Part shown: positions 1 through 7,448 of the stretch, one piece after another | Layout: every line of letters starts with the position of its first letter | How positions within the stretch are numbered: position 1 is the stretch's first letter | From: a virus | DNA: 11,434 bases | Virus record (IMG/VR): IMGVR_UViG_3300033072_000982 | Reading direction: 5' to 3' (one strand) | Made by a program: the position numbers and the translations under genes | The notes under the pieces: model-generated | Told to the model about the DNA's origin: nothing | What the model saw: only the letters and a program-made list of their open reading frames with translations | Databases searched by the model: none

Positions 1-387
1 TATAATATTTTTAATAGTTGAATAATTATTTGAATATTTTCCTTTATATTTTTTTATAGTGTCATATATAAACATTATAATATTATCAGGTGATACAATT
101 TTTTTATCAAATAAAAATATATCAAAATTTTTATCTTCTATTTTTTTACTACCAGAATATTTTGAATAATCAAGAATATAAAATAATTTACTTTGTCCAA
201 ATTCCCGATCATAATAAAAAACATATTCCCGATTAGAATCTGGCTCATGTATAAATATTTTTTTATTTGTTTCAGATTCTATAAATTTTTTAAGATGATT
301 TAATAAGTCATTTATTTTTAATTCTTTTTTAAAAAATTTACTTTTAATATCTGATATAAAATTATCATATAATTTAAGTTTTTTCAT
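1..387 (-). CDS. Cassette-family protein, partial: N-terminus in window (start ATG at 385-387), C-terminus beyond the window edge
   Basis: Manual reverse translation from 387 down to 1 gives MKKLKLYDNFISDIKSKFFKKELKINDLLNHLKKFIESETNKKIFIHEPDSNREYVFYYDREFGQSKLFYILDYSKYSGSKKIEDKNFDIFLFDKKIVSPDNIIMFIYDTIKKYKGKYSNNYSTIKNII with no stop. The ATG overlaps the TGA stop of the upstream family member as ATGA, inside the conserved junction motif. The N-terminus resembles MKYIKQYDNF of the 1894-3210 gene. It is absent from the supplied ORF track, presumably because it runs off the edge. Confidence 0.55.
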   Translation of the reverse strand, partial: MKKLKLYDNFISDIKSKFFKKELKINDLLNHLKKFIESETNKKIFIHEPDSNREYVFYYDREFGQSKLFYILDYSKYSGSKKIEDKNFDIFLFDKKIVSPDNIIMFIYDTIKKYKGKYSNNYSTIKNII

Positions 388-743
388 AGATTATATTTTT
401 TTGTTGTATCATATAAATCTGCAAACTTATTAACTTGATATTTTGATAAATAAACATTTATTTCATAGAAAGTTTTATAATTATTTACATACTCACTAGA
501 AACTTTTAACTTATATTTTTTTAGAAAATCATAAAATTTATCATATGTTTCTTCCTCTGTGAATAATTGAAAATAAAATGTAAATATTGTTTTATTTTTT
601 TCTGACTCACCAAATAAACATTCTTCAAATCCATCATCATTTGATATATTTAACATTTCTTCTAAATACAATGCTGCTGATGTACATTTATCTTGGAAAT
701 CAAATGCACCTGAATAATCTTCGTATATTTGTATATGTTTCAT
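384..743 (-). CDS. Cassette-family protein (119 aa), N-term MKHIQIYED, C-term TKKYNL; body unrecognised
   Basis: Track ORF. Start lies in a TTATAAATGAAACAT junction (TAA stop of the upstream gene immediately followed by ATG). Its own TGA stop overlaps the next ATG (CTATGAAAAAAC). Shares the family N/C-terminal peptides. Confidence 0.7.
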   Translation of the reverse strand: MKHIQIYEDYSGAFDFQDKCTSAALYLEEMLNISNDDGFEECLFGESEKNKTIFTFYFQLFTEEETYDKFYDFLKKYKLKVSSEYVNNYKTFYEINVYLSKYQVNKFADLYDTTKKYNL

Positions 744-1016
744 TTATAAGTTATATTTTAATGCGGCTACTTCTTCTTCAGTAGCTTTTATAAGATTATC
801 TTGTTTTATCCAACTATAAAAACCTTCTCTATCGGCTAATTTATCTTTATCTTCATATTTTTTTAAACGGCAAACATCTTTAACCATTGTATATTGACGA
901 CAATCATAACCATCAACAACATATATTGTATTCGTGTTATCACCAATAATTTTTACAGGATCACTAATATTAAATTTTTGAATAACTTTATCTTCATATG
1001 TTTTTATATATTTCAT
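744..1016 (-). CDS. Cassette-family protein (90 aa), MKYIKTYED...ALKYNL
   Basis: Track ORF. Junction upstream reads AAAAAATATAACTTATAACTTATGAAATAT, i.e. the canonical junction with a 7-bp TAACTTA tandem duplication that creates a TAA stop and moves the ATG 6 nt downstream. Confidence 0.65.
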   Translation of the reverse strand: MKYIKTYEDKVIQKFNISDPVKIIGDNTNTIYVVDGYDCRQYTMVKDVCRLKKYEDKDKLADREGFYSWIKQDNLIKATEEEVAALKYNL

Positions 1017-1019
1017 AAG

Positions 1020-1361
1020 TTATAAGTTATATTTTTTTGCATTTAATATTATTTCTAAATCTTCTTTATTTTCTGAATATTCTAAAATATCATAACGGGA
1101 AAACCATATAATATTTTTACCTTTTATTTCATCTGTAGCAAAAAAATGCATTATATTATCAGGAACATTATCATAGTGAATGGCGTATGGAAAATCAACA
1201 TTACTAAGATGTTTTACATATTGACCAATATTGTTGCTTATAAATTTTTTTAATTTATTAACATTTTCTACACCAGAAGCATAGCCACTAGATTCTTGAC
1301 AAATTACATAACTTCCAATCCTTAATCTATTTACATTTTCGTATTTTTTTATATATTTCAT
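1020..1361 (-). CDS. Cassette-family protein (113 aa), MKYIKKYEN...NAKKYNL; body unrecognised
   Basis: Track ORF. Canonical ATGA overlap junction at 1358-1361 (AAATATAATTTATGAAATATA). Confidence 0.7.
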   Translation of the reverse strand: MKYIKKYENVNRLRIGSYVICQESSGYASGVENVNKLKKFISNNIGQYVKHLSNVDFPYAIHYDNVPDNIMHFFATDEIKGKNIIWFSRYDILEYSENKEDLEIILNAKKYNL

Positions 1362-1894
1362 AAATTATATTTATTAATATTTTTTTTCATTAAATAATAA
1401 TCATATTGTTTTGGTGCTTCATTTTTAAGAAAATCTAATATTTTTTTCTTTAATGTTTTTGTTAATCTATCACTTTCATCTAATAAATCATAAAAATCAT
1501 ATTTCCAATCTTCACCTTTATCAACAAATATACTTGTATCTGCGCCTGCTTTTATAAGCATCTTAAACATAGCAAAATATTTATCATCACTTTTCTTTCT
1601 AAAATTATAAATAGAATTAGTTAATACTGTATCACCATCTTTATTTCGTAAATTAACATTATATCCATGATCTATAAATAATTTAACAATTTCTAAATTA
1701 ATACCTGTTGTATAAGATTGTGTAGCAATAATTGTTTGTAGATCATCAAGAAAATCCGGCATATAACCGCTATCTAATAATCCTTTTACAATACTTACTT
1801 CATCATTTTCAATAGCCAAATTCATTAGTTTTTCCTTTTGAGTATTATTCAAATCTAATGTCACCAAATCTTCAAATGTTTTAAGATATTTCAT
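1358..1894 (-). CDS. Cassette-family protein (178 aa) with ankyrin-like repeats
   Basis: MKYLKTFED...NINKYNL. The body contains ankyrin-like segments (DHGYNVNLRNKDGDTVLTNSIY...MLIKAGADTSIFVDKGEDW). The start overlaps the upstream TAA as TAATG. Confidence 0.78.
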   Translation of the reverse strand: MKYLKTFEDLVTLDLNNTQKEKLMNLAIENDEVSIVKGLLDSGYMPDFLDDLQTIIATQSYTTGINLEIVKLFIDHGYNVNLRNKDGDTVLTNSIYNFRKKSDDKYFAMFKMLIKAGADTSIFVDKGEDWKYDFYDLLDESDRLTKTLKKKILDFLKNEAPKQYDYYLMKKNINKYNL

Positions 1895-3210
1895 TATAAA
1901 CCATATTTTTCTGTATTTTCACCAAAAATAAACTTTTCATAAGCTTCCAAATCAGCTTTAGTTCCATTTTTGAGAATATATTTTTCAAATTCACTAGTTT
2001 TTAACCATTTTAATATATCACCATTAATAATTTTAGCAAGTTCAAATAAATTACCTTCTTTATCATTATAATTTATATAGATTTTATACCAATAACTAAA
2101 TAATGTATATTCAATATTATTTTTAAATAATTCTAAATTATCAACTTGAATTAATTTTGGAAATATATCATCTGGACTATCTAAATATTTTTCTACTACA
2201 TTTTCAACTTCTCTATTTAAATCTTTATATCCATTTTTTATATAATCTTCTAATCCTTCATATTCTATATCATATGAAAAATCATTCTGAACATTTTCTA
2301 AAAATTCTGAAATACTTTTAATTTCTTGTAGATTATGTTTTTTAATATATTTTATAATATCTTCATAATCAAAATATAATTCAATATCAAATTTTTCTTT
2401 ATTTGAATAACTTATTTCAAAAGGAATTGTTTTTAATTCATCTTTTATACTTGCTTTTAATGCTTGTTCTTTTTCAGATGATATTTCATCTTTAAAATCT
2501 GTTAATTCTCTTTTTAAACCTAATTTTATGAAAAATTCATGAATCACACCTATATCAATATCACCATATTTATCATATTTTAATTCATATTTTAGTAATT
2601 TTGCTAATGCTTCTATTTTTTTAATATTTTCATAACTTAAATATCTATCAAGATAATCTAATTCACTATCATCTATATAATATTCATAATTACTATAATA
2701 ATTTGTAATGTTTAACATCCAATTTATTACACCATCATTTATATTCATTAAATTTTCTAATTCATCTGATTTCATAAATATAGTTAATGAATCAGATTTA
2801 TAAATTTCATCTTCACTTTGCCATCTATCAGATTTAACTTGATAATCATTTTCATCTATACCAATATAGTTTTGAATATCTTTTGGATCAAAATCTGATT
2901 CTAAAAATGTTAATAAGTTTTTTTCATTTTCTTCATTACTTTCTGTAACAGAGTTTCTTAAATATTCTTGTTGTTTTAATTTTTGATATTGTAAATCTTT
3001 AAGCTTTTGAATTTTATCATTTTTATCATTATTCATTTTAGCATGTTTATTAACATTCTTATTCTTAGGATCATCTAATCTTTTTCTAAGACTTTTAATT
3101 CCCCTTTGTAAAAATTGAATACTCTTATCAATATTCTTTTTTACTTTAAAAGGTTTTGCCGAATTTACTTTAATTGGCTTAAAATTATCATATTGCTTAA
3201 TATATTTCAT
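1894..3210 (-). CDS. Cassette-family protein (438 aa), acidic/low-complexity, probable fusion of two cassettes
   Basis: MKYIKQYDNF...TEKYGL. Very D/E/K/Y rich. An internal relic of the family start motif sits at plus coordinates 2335-2357 (TTATAAAATATATTAAAAAACAT versus canonical TTATGAAATATATTAAAAAATAT), encoding ..DIIKYIKKHNL.. Confidence 0.72.
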   Translation of the reverse strand: MKYIKQYDNFKPIKVNSAKPFKVKKNIDKSIQFLQRGIKSLRKRLDDPKNKNVNKHAKMNNDKNDKIQKLKDLQYQKLKQQEYLRNSVTESNEENEKNLLTFLESDFDPKDIQNYIGIDENDYQVKSDRWQSEDEIYKSDSLTIFMKSDELENLMNINDGVINWMLNITNYYSNYEYYIDDSELDYLDRYLSYENIKKIEALAKLLKYELKYDKYGDIDIGVIHEFFIKLGLKRELTDFKDEISSEKEQALKASIKDELKTIPFEISYSNKEKFDIELYFDYEDIIKYIKKHNLQEIKSISEFLENVQNDFSYDIEYEGLEDYIKNGYKDLNREVENVVEKYLDSPDDIFPKLIQVDNLELFKNNIEYTLFSYWYKIYINYNDKEGNLFELAKIINGDILKWLKTSEFEKYILKNGTKADLEAYEKFIFGENTEKYGL

Positions 3211-3219
3211 TTTTTACTG

Positions 3220-3786
3220 TTATAAATTATATTTTTCAGCATTTTTCTTAGCTTCATATCCTTTTGGATCTAATTTCCACTCATTATATTCTTCTAAATT
3301 ATCATATATTAAACGATTATTTTTACAATATAATTGTCTTAATTTTGGTAATTTTGGTAATTCAGTTAATTGATTATTAGAACAAATTAATCCTTTTAAT
3401 GTTTTTGGTAATTCTGGTAAATTACTTAATTGATTATTAGAACATTCTAATTCTTTTAATGTCTTTGGTAATTCTGGTAAATTACTTAATTGATTATTAT
3501 AACATTCTAATTCTTTTAATGTCTTTGGTAATTCTGGTAAATTACTTAATTGATTATTAGGACAATGTAATTTAATTAATGATTCTGGTAATTTAGGTAA
3601 CTCAGTTAATTGATTACCATGACAAGATAAGATTTCTAAATTAATATACTCACTTAAATCTGGTAATTTAGTTAAATTCTGATTAGAGAAATTCAAGTCA
3701 GTGATTTTTGATTTATCGTTTACTTCTTTTGACGATTCGATTCGGTTTACGCCCTTTATTTCCTCGTATGTTTTAATATATTTCAT
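3220..3786 (-). CDS. Cassette-family protein (188 aa) with bacterial YopM/IpaH-type 20-residue leucine-rich repeats
   Basis: MKYIKTYEE...AEKYNL. Body has about 6 tandem 20-aa LRRs (LSNLPELPKTLKELECSNNQ), encoded by 60-bp DNA repeats. Start is in a canonical ATGA junction. Confidence 0.85.
   Translation of the reverse strand: MKYIKTYEEIKGVNRIESSKEVNDKSKITDLNFSNQNLTKLPDLSEYINLEILSCHGNQLTELPKLPESLIKLHCPNNQLSNLPELPKTLKELECYNNQLSNLPELPKTLKELECSNNQLSNLPELPKTLKGLICSNNQLTELPKLPKLRQLYCKNNRLIYDNLEEYNEWKLDPKGYEAKKNAEKYNL
3301..3660. repeat. 60-bp tandem repeat array (about 6 units) encoding the LRR units
   Basis: Units align exactly with the 60-column sequence lines. Units 3421-3480 and 3481-3540 differ at 1 nt; 3361-3420 and 3541-3600 are close copies; outer units are more diverged. 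Confidence 0.85.
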
Positions 3787-3800
3787 AAATTATATTTTTT
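3777..3800 (-). promoter_or_regulatory. Canonical inter-cassette junction motif AAAAAATATAATTTATGAAATAT (stop/start ATGA overlap)
   Basis: Encodes the ..KKYNL tail of the upstream gene, a TGA stop, and the ATG-AAA-TAT of the downstream gene in one 23-mer. Near-identical copies occur at about 4232-4257 and 1353-1373. Variants with 2-12 nt insertions occur at about 377-403, 736-758, 1008-1037, 1884-1908 and 3202-3236. Confidence 0.45.
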
Positions 3801-4241
3801 CGCATTTTTCCAATCTAAATAGTTTTCATATTTATCTGGATAATCTTCAATAACTATTTCTAAATATTGATCATCTAATTGATTAATAAAATCTTCATCA
3901 TCAATATTATTTATATTCCAATTTGCGCCAGATTCAATTAAAAATTGAATCATATTAAAATTATTAGATTGAGCTGCTATCATTAAAGATGTATTACCAT
4001 TACCATCTGGATAATTAATATTAGCACCTTCTTTTAATAATTTTTTTGCATGATCTAATCTATCATAATATGCAGCAGCAGTTAGTGGTGTGAAATTATT
4101 ATCATCAACAAAATTTAAACTATAGCCACTATTTAAAAAATTAATAAGTATTTTATTAAACATTTGTTCTGCAAATACTATGGCAGACATTAACTTATAT
4201 CGCATTTTTTGTTTGCTTTCAAAATATTTTAAATATTTCAT
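3783..4241 (-). CDS. Cassette-family protein (152 aa) with two ankyrin repeats
   Basis: MKYLKYFES...NAKKYNL. Ankyrin signatures present (FTPLTAAAYYDRLDHAKKLLKEGANINYPDGNGNTSLMIAAQSNNFNMIQFLIESGANWN). ATGA junctions at both ends. Confidence 0.85.
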   Translation of the reverse strand: MKYLKYFESKQKMRYKLMSAIVFAEQMFNKILINFLNSGYSLNFVDDNNFTPLTAAAYYDRLDHAKKLLKEGANINYPDGNGNTSLMIAAQSNNFNMIQFLIESGANWNINNIDDEDFINQLDDQYLEIVIEDYPDKYENYLDWKNAKKYNL

Positions 4242-4257
4242 AAATTATATTTTTTTG
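4232..4257 (-). promoter_or_regulatory. Canonical inter-cassette junction motif (copy)
   Basis: GGCAAAAAAATATAATTTATGAAATATTT on the minus strand, the same stop/start architecture as 3777-3800. Confidence 0.45.
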
Positions 4258-5275
4258 CCATTATAACTTCTGGATAATTCTTTTCAATCCAATCTTTTAC
4301 AATATTTATAAATTTAAATTTTTTCAATGATAAATCATAAAAATTTTCATTATCATTATTAGTATGAAATATATTAGCTCCCGCTTTAATTAATTCTTTT
4401 AACATTTTTAATCTACCTTCTTTTGCAGCAAGTAAAAGTGCAGTATTACCATTAATATCAGTTTCTTCTAAATTATATTTATTACTATTTAACAATTTTA
4501 AAAAATGTGAATAATTGACATTTACAATATCAGACATCAATTCATTCCAGTCATTTTTAGCATTAATTATATCTTGTTTAAGTGAATTTGTTATTCTACC
4601 ACCATTAAATAATTCAGTAAGAACTTTTTCTTTATTTGTTATTTTAGATAATTCTTTCTTTACATCTGCATAATTTTCTGATCCAATTTCAACAACTTCA
4701 ATATGTGGGTATTTATTTTTCACTATTTCTTTAATTTTTTTATTATTGTAATAATCTTTCTTTAAAATAATTCTTTTAACATATTTACTGACATCTAATT
4801 TATCAGTAAGTATTAATTCTTCTGCTATACCAAAATCCATAGCACTTTTATCGGTTTTTACTCTCCATAATAATTTACCAACGTTTTTATCTTTTGACCT
4901 TAATTGATTTTGGAATCTACCTAATTTAGTTTTCGCTGGCTTACCTTCAAAATCCAAATAAAAATCAGGATTTTCAGAAAAAGGTATAATTCTATACTTA
5001 TCAGATATCTTTTCAACATCTAATTCTAATGCTGGTAATCCTAAATAATTTAAATTTCTAGTTGCTGAAATTGTTTTAAATTTAGTATCATTTTCTTTCC
5101 AATGTGGTAAAACAGATTTTCTTAATGCAGTATTCCAAAATTTGCAATCATCATTATCACCACCACCACATTTTATATAACCATCTTTTAATATGCTTTC
5201 TAAAGATGATGTTTTATGAAACAATTGATAGTTTCCTTTTCTTTCAAAAATTTTGTATGTTTGTAAATATTTCAT
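4238..5275 (-). CDS. Cassette-family protein (345 aa): unrecognised N-terminal domain plus C-terminal ankyrin repeat; probable fusion of two cassettes
   Basis: MKYLQTYKIFE...MAKKYNL. An internal ..NSNKYNL-EETDINGNTALLLAAKEG.. is encoded by AAATATAATTTAGAAGAAAC (plus 4462-4482), a degenerate copy of the junction AAATATAATTTATGAAATAT. First gene of the minus-strand array; its upstream region is the 5276-5514 intergenic hub. Confidence 0.8.
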   Translation of the reverse strand: MKYLQTYKIFERKGNYQLFHKTSSLESILKDGYIKCGGGDNDDCKFWNTALRKSVLPHWKENDTKFKTISATRNLNYLGLPALELDVEKISDKYRIIPFSENPDFYLDFEGKPAKTKLGRFQNQLRSKDKNVGKLLWRVKTDKSAMDFGIAEELILTDKLDVSKYVKRIILKKDYYNNKKIKEIVKNKYPHIEVVEIGSENYADVKKELSKITNKEKVLTELFNGGRITNSLKQDIINAKNDWNELMSDIVNVNYSHFLKLLNSNKYNLEETDINGNTALLLAAKEGRLKMLKELIKAGANIFHTNNDNENFYDLSLKKFKFINIVKDWIEKNYPEVIMAKKYNL

Positions 5276-5514
5276 AGTTCTATATATAAAAATTGTAAGA
5301 GATATTTTTTTTATTTAAAAAATATTCCTTATCTTTGTTCTATGAAAAAGACAACAAAAACATATACCGAATTGAATGAAATACAGAGATTAAAAATCTC
5401 TAAAGTTTTCATGTATAATAAACTTGATAAGCAAATGCTTAATGAGTGTAAAATTGTATTTGAAGGTGACAAAATGAAATACCTATTTGTTAATGAAATG
5501 ATAATTGATTTGTA
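5276..5514. promoter_or_regulatory. Divergent intergenic hub between the minus-strand and plus-strand arrays (presumed bidirectional promoter region)
   Basis: Only sizeable non-coding gap in the first 7.8 kb. Contains a perfect palindrome AGAGATTAAAAATCTCT (5385-5401) and two plus-strand copies of the family start motif ATGAAATAC (5376 and 5474). The second opens a 13-codon mini-ORF MKYLFVNEMIIDL whose TAA overlaps the 5515 ATG as TAATG. Confidence 0.4.
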
Positions 5515-6138
5515 ATGAAAATAAGACAAGGCTTTGTAAGTAATAGTAGTTCAAGCAGCTTCGTTTTACAAGTTGGAGAAAAATTCTCAACTGTAAAAGA
5601 AGTTGCTCGTTATATTTTAAATACATGTATTTCAGAATGGGGTACAACTGAAAATTTTGAAAAAGAATTAATTGAACTTGATAAAATTAGTTCAGACACA
5701 CCAGTATTTTTCAATACTGGAGGTGATCACACTTATATTCGTAAGATGGATAATAAGTTAGTTATTACAACTTCTCAAAATATTGATCTTCCAGATATTT
5801 CTAACATTAGTTTGAATGATAATGATTTGACTGATGATTTTTATCATCAATTTGATTATATTGATAAATATATGGATCTTGAAGAAGAAATTATAGTTGA
5901 TTCAATTGAAGGATTAGATGGTCAACATAAATTTAATGATTTTTATTCTCTTCAGTATGGATTATATGGTAGACATACATATCTTGATAATATTTGTCCT
6001 ATTTGTAATAAAAGTTTTAGAGCATTTAAATTAAAAAATGGTGATGTTATATGTAATTGTCAACTTGAAAAATATGCTAAGTCTTTACTTAGAAAGAATA
6101 AATTGAAAGAAATAAATGAAAACAATAATAGTAAATAA
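5515..6138 (+). CDS. Hypothetical protein (207 aa), N-terminal MKIRQGFVSNSSSSSF motif and C-terminal Cys4-type zinc-ribbon-like motif (CPICN..x13..CNC)
   Basis: Track ORF. Paralog of the 7030-7446 gene through its first 18 residues; codons differ but amino acids are conserved. C-terminus KEINENNNSK is encoded by the AAATAAATGAAAACA junction that contains the next gene's ATG. Confidence 0.75.
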   Translation: MKIRQGFVSNSSSSSFVLQVGEKFSTVKEVARYILNTCISEWGTTENFEKELIELDKISSDTPVFFNTGGDHTYIRKMDNKLVITTSQNIDLPDISNISLNDNDLTDDFYHQFDYIDKYMDLEEEIIVDSIEGLDGQHKFNDFYSLQYGLYGRHTYLDNICPICNKSFRAFKLKNGDVICNCQLEKYAKSLLRKNKLKEINENNNSK

Positions 6139-6436
6139 GAGTGATAGAGATAATGTATCTATTAATTTTGCAAACAACAAAAATATTTTTATAACATTTA
6201 GGAACAAAATCTATAATGAATTAAAAATCAATTCAACTTTTGATTTAATAAATGCACATAAATTTACTGATAAATATAATATATTTGAAGGTTGTAAAGT
6301 AATAGATATTTCATTTATTGAAAATACTATACATTCAAATGAACATTTTATACGAGTTAAAACAATTACAGAAAAAGATATTTTAGCAAAAAATAGAAAA
6401 GATAAATTAAATAATATTAATGGAACTATACAATAA
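6116..6436 (+). CDS. Hypothetical protein (106 aa), overlaps upstream gene by 23 nt
   Basis: Track ORF starting MKTIIVNKSD at the TAAATG junction motif. No recognisable domain. Supported mainly by tight operon-like packing. Confidence 0.5.
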   Translation: MKTIIVNKSDRDNVSINFANNKNIFITFRNKIYNELKINSTFDLINAHKFTDKYNIFEGCKVIDISFIENTIHSNEHFIRVKTITEKDILAKNRKDKLNNINGTIQ

Positions 6437-7043
6437 ATATATTAAATTAAATGAATTTAAAACATCTGAAATAGCATTTGTTAATTGTAGTAATACAATA
6501 TTAAAAGTACATGTTTATTTTGTAAAATTATTCAATGGACAATCTGGCTTTTTTACAGACAATTCAGGCGAATTAAAAAGATTAACAACACTTTTTCTTA
6601 AAAAAAGAGCATCTTCCGGTTACCTGACCAATATAACTGAAAATAGAGAAAAATTTTTTTTATCAAATACAGAAAATATTATTCGAGATATTCAACCAAC
6701 TACTCAGCATTATTCTTATATCAAAATTATTGATGATAAACAAAATCCACAATTAAATGATCAAATATTAATATTTAAATATGGAAATCTTATTACTAAT
6801 ATTATAGGTGATTATTTTTCTAATTTAGAAGATGGTGAGTTATTAGAAATAAAGAAAAGTTTTATACTAAAATTAGAAAATAAAGGTGGATTTCCATCAT
6901 ATGATAATAGTCATTTTACAAATAGATACTATCATGTATGTGATTATAATTTAGATTTAAATTCTGAAATTCATTTCAACAATTTTAATTTAAATAAATA
7001 TATTAGAACAGAAAAAATTAAAAAAATAAATGAAAACACGTAA
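6420..7043 (+). CDS. Hypothetical protein (207 aa)
   Basis: Track ORF. Overlaps neighbours by 17 nt and 14 nt. C-terminus KKINENT is encoded by the second copy of the AAATAAATGAAAACA junction. Confidence 0.6.
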   Translation: MELYNKYIKLNEFKTSEIAFVNCSNTILKVHVYFVKLFNGQSGFFTDNSGELKRLTTLFLKKRASSGYLTNITENREKFFLSNTENIIRDIQPTTQHYSYIKIIDDKQNPQLNDQILIFKYGNLITNIIGDYFSNLEDGELLEIKKSFILKLENKGGFPSYDNSHFTNRYYHVCDYNLDLNSEIHFNNFNLNKYIRTEKIKKINENT

Positions 7044-7446
7044 CGGATTTGTAAGCAATTCATCATCAAGTAGTTTTATATTACTAAGAGATATATTATC
7101 TGAAAAACAATTTGATATGATTGTTGATTATGAAGAATGGGTAAAATTTTTCATTGAGCTTGATCAAAAGAAAGGTAGTCCAGAAAAACTAAATGATAGA
7201 TTTTCATATTATGATGATTCTTGGAGAATAGTTGTAAATGATGATTATATCTTTGGTGAAACATCTATGGATAACTTTAGTATGTATGATTATTTTGATT
7301 TTATTGGTGTTGATCAAGATTTTGTATCTTGGGATAATGGTTATAATGATGAACCATATAGTTCTCAGTTAGAATTTATTAAAAAAATGAAAGTCAAAAT
7401 TCGTAAAAATAAAATTGATAAAATTAATAATAATTTGGAGGAATAA
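7030..7446 (+). CDS. Hypothetical protein (138 aa), MKTRNGFVSNSSSSSF N-terminal motif paralog, acidic/aromatic C-terminal half
   Basis: N-terminal 18 aa match the 5515-6138 gene with synonymous codon differences (Ser codons TCA TCA TCA AGT AGT versus AGT AGT TCA AGC AGC; Arg CGT versus AGA). Possible further weak similarity (IELDQ versus IELDK). Confidence 0.7.
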   Translation: MKTRNGFVSNSSSSSFILLRDILSEKQFDMIVDYEEWVKFFIELDQKKGSPEKLNDRFSYYDDSWRIVVNDDYIFGETSMDNFSMYDYFDFIGVDQDFVSWDNGYNDEPYSSQLEFIKKMKVKIRKNKIDKINNNLEE

Positions 7447-7448
7447 TT

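Noticed and set aside
587-784. Plus-strand 65-aa ORF overlapping cassette genes
   Set aside because: Antisense to two family members and low complexity.
3301-3660. Possible CRISPR-like regular repeats
   Set aside because: 60-bp period with no spacers. The repeats are in-frame coding LRR units.
5329-5529. Minus-strand 66-aa ORF in the divergent hub
   Set aside because: No family motif, low complexity, and it spans the presumed promoter region.
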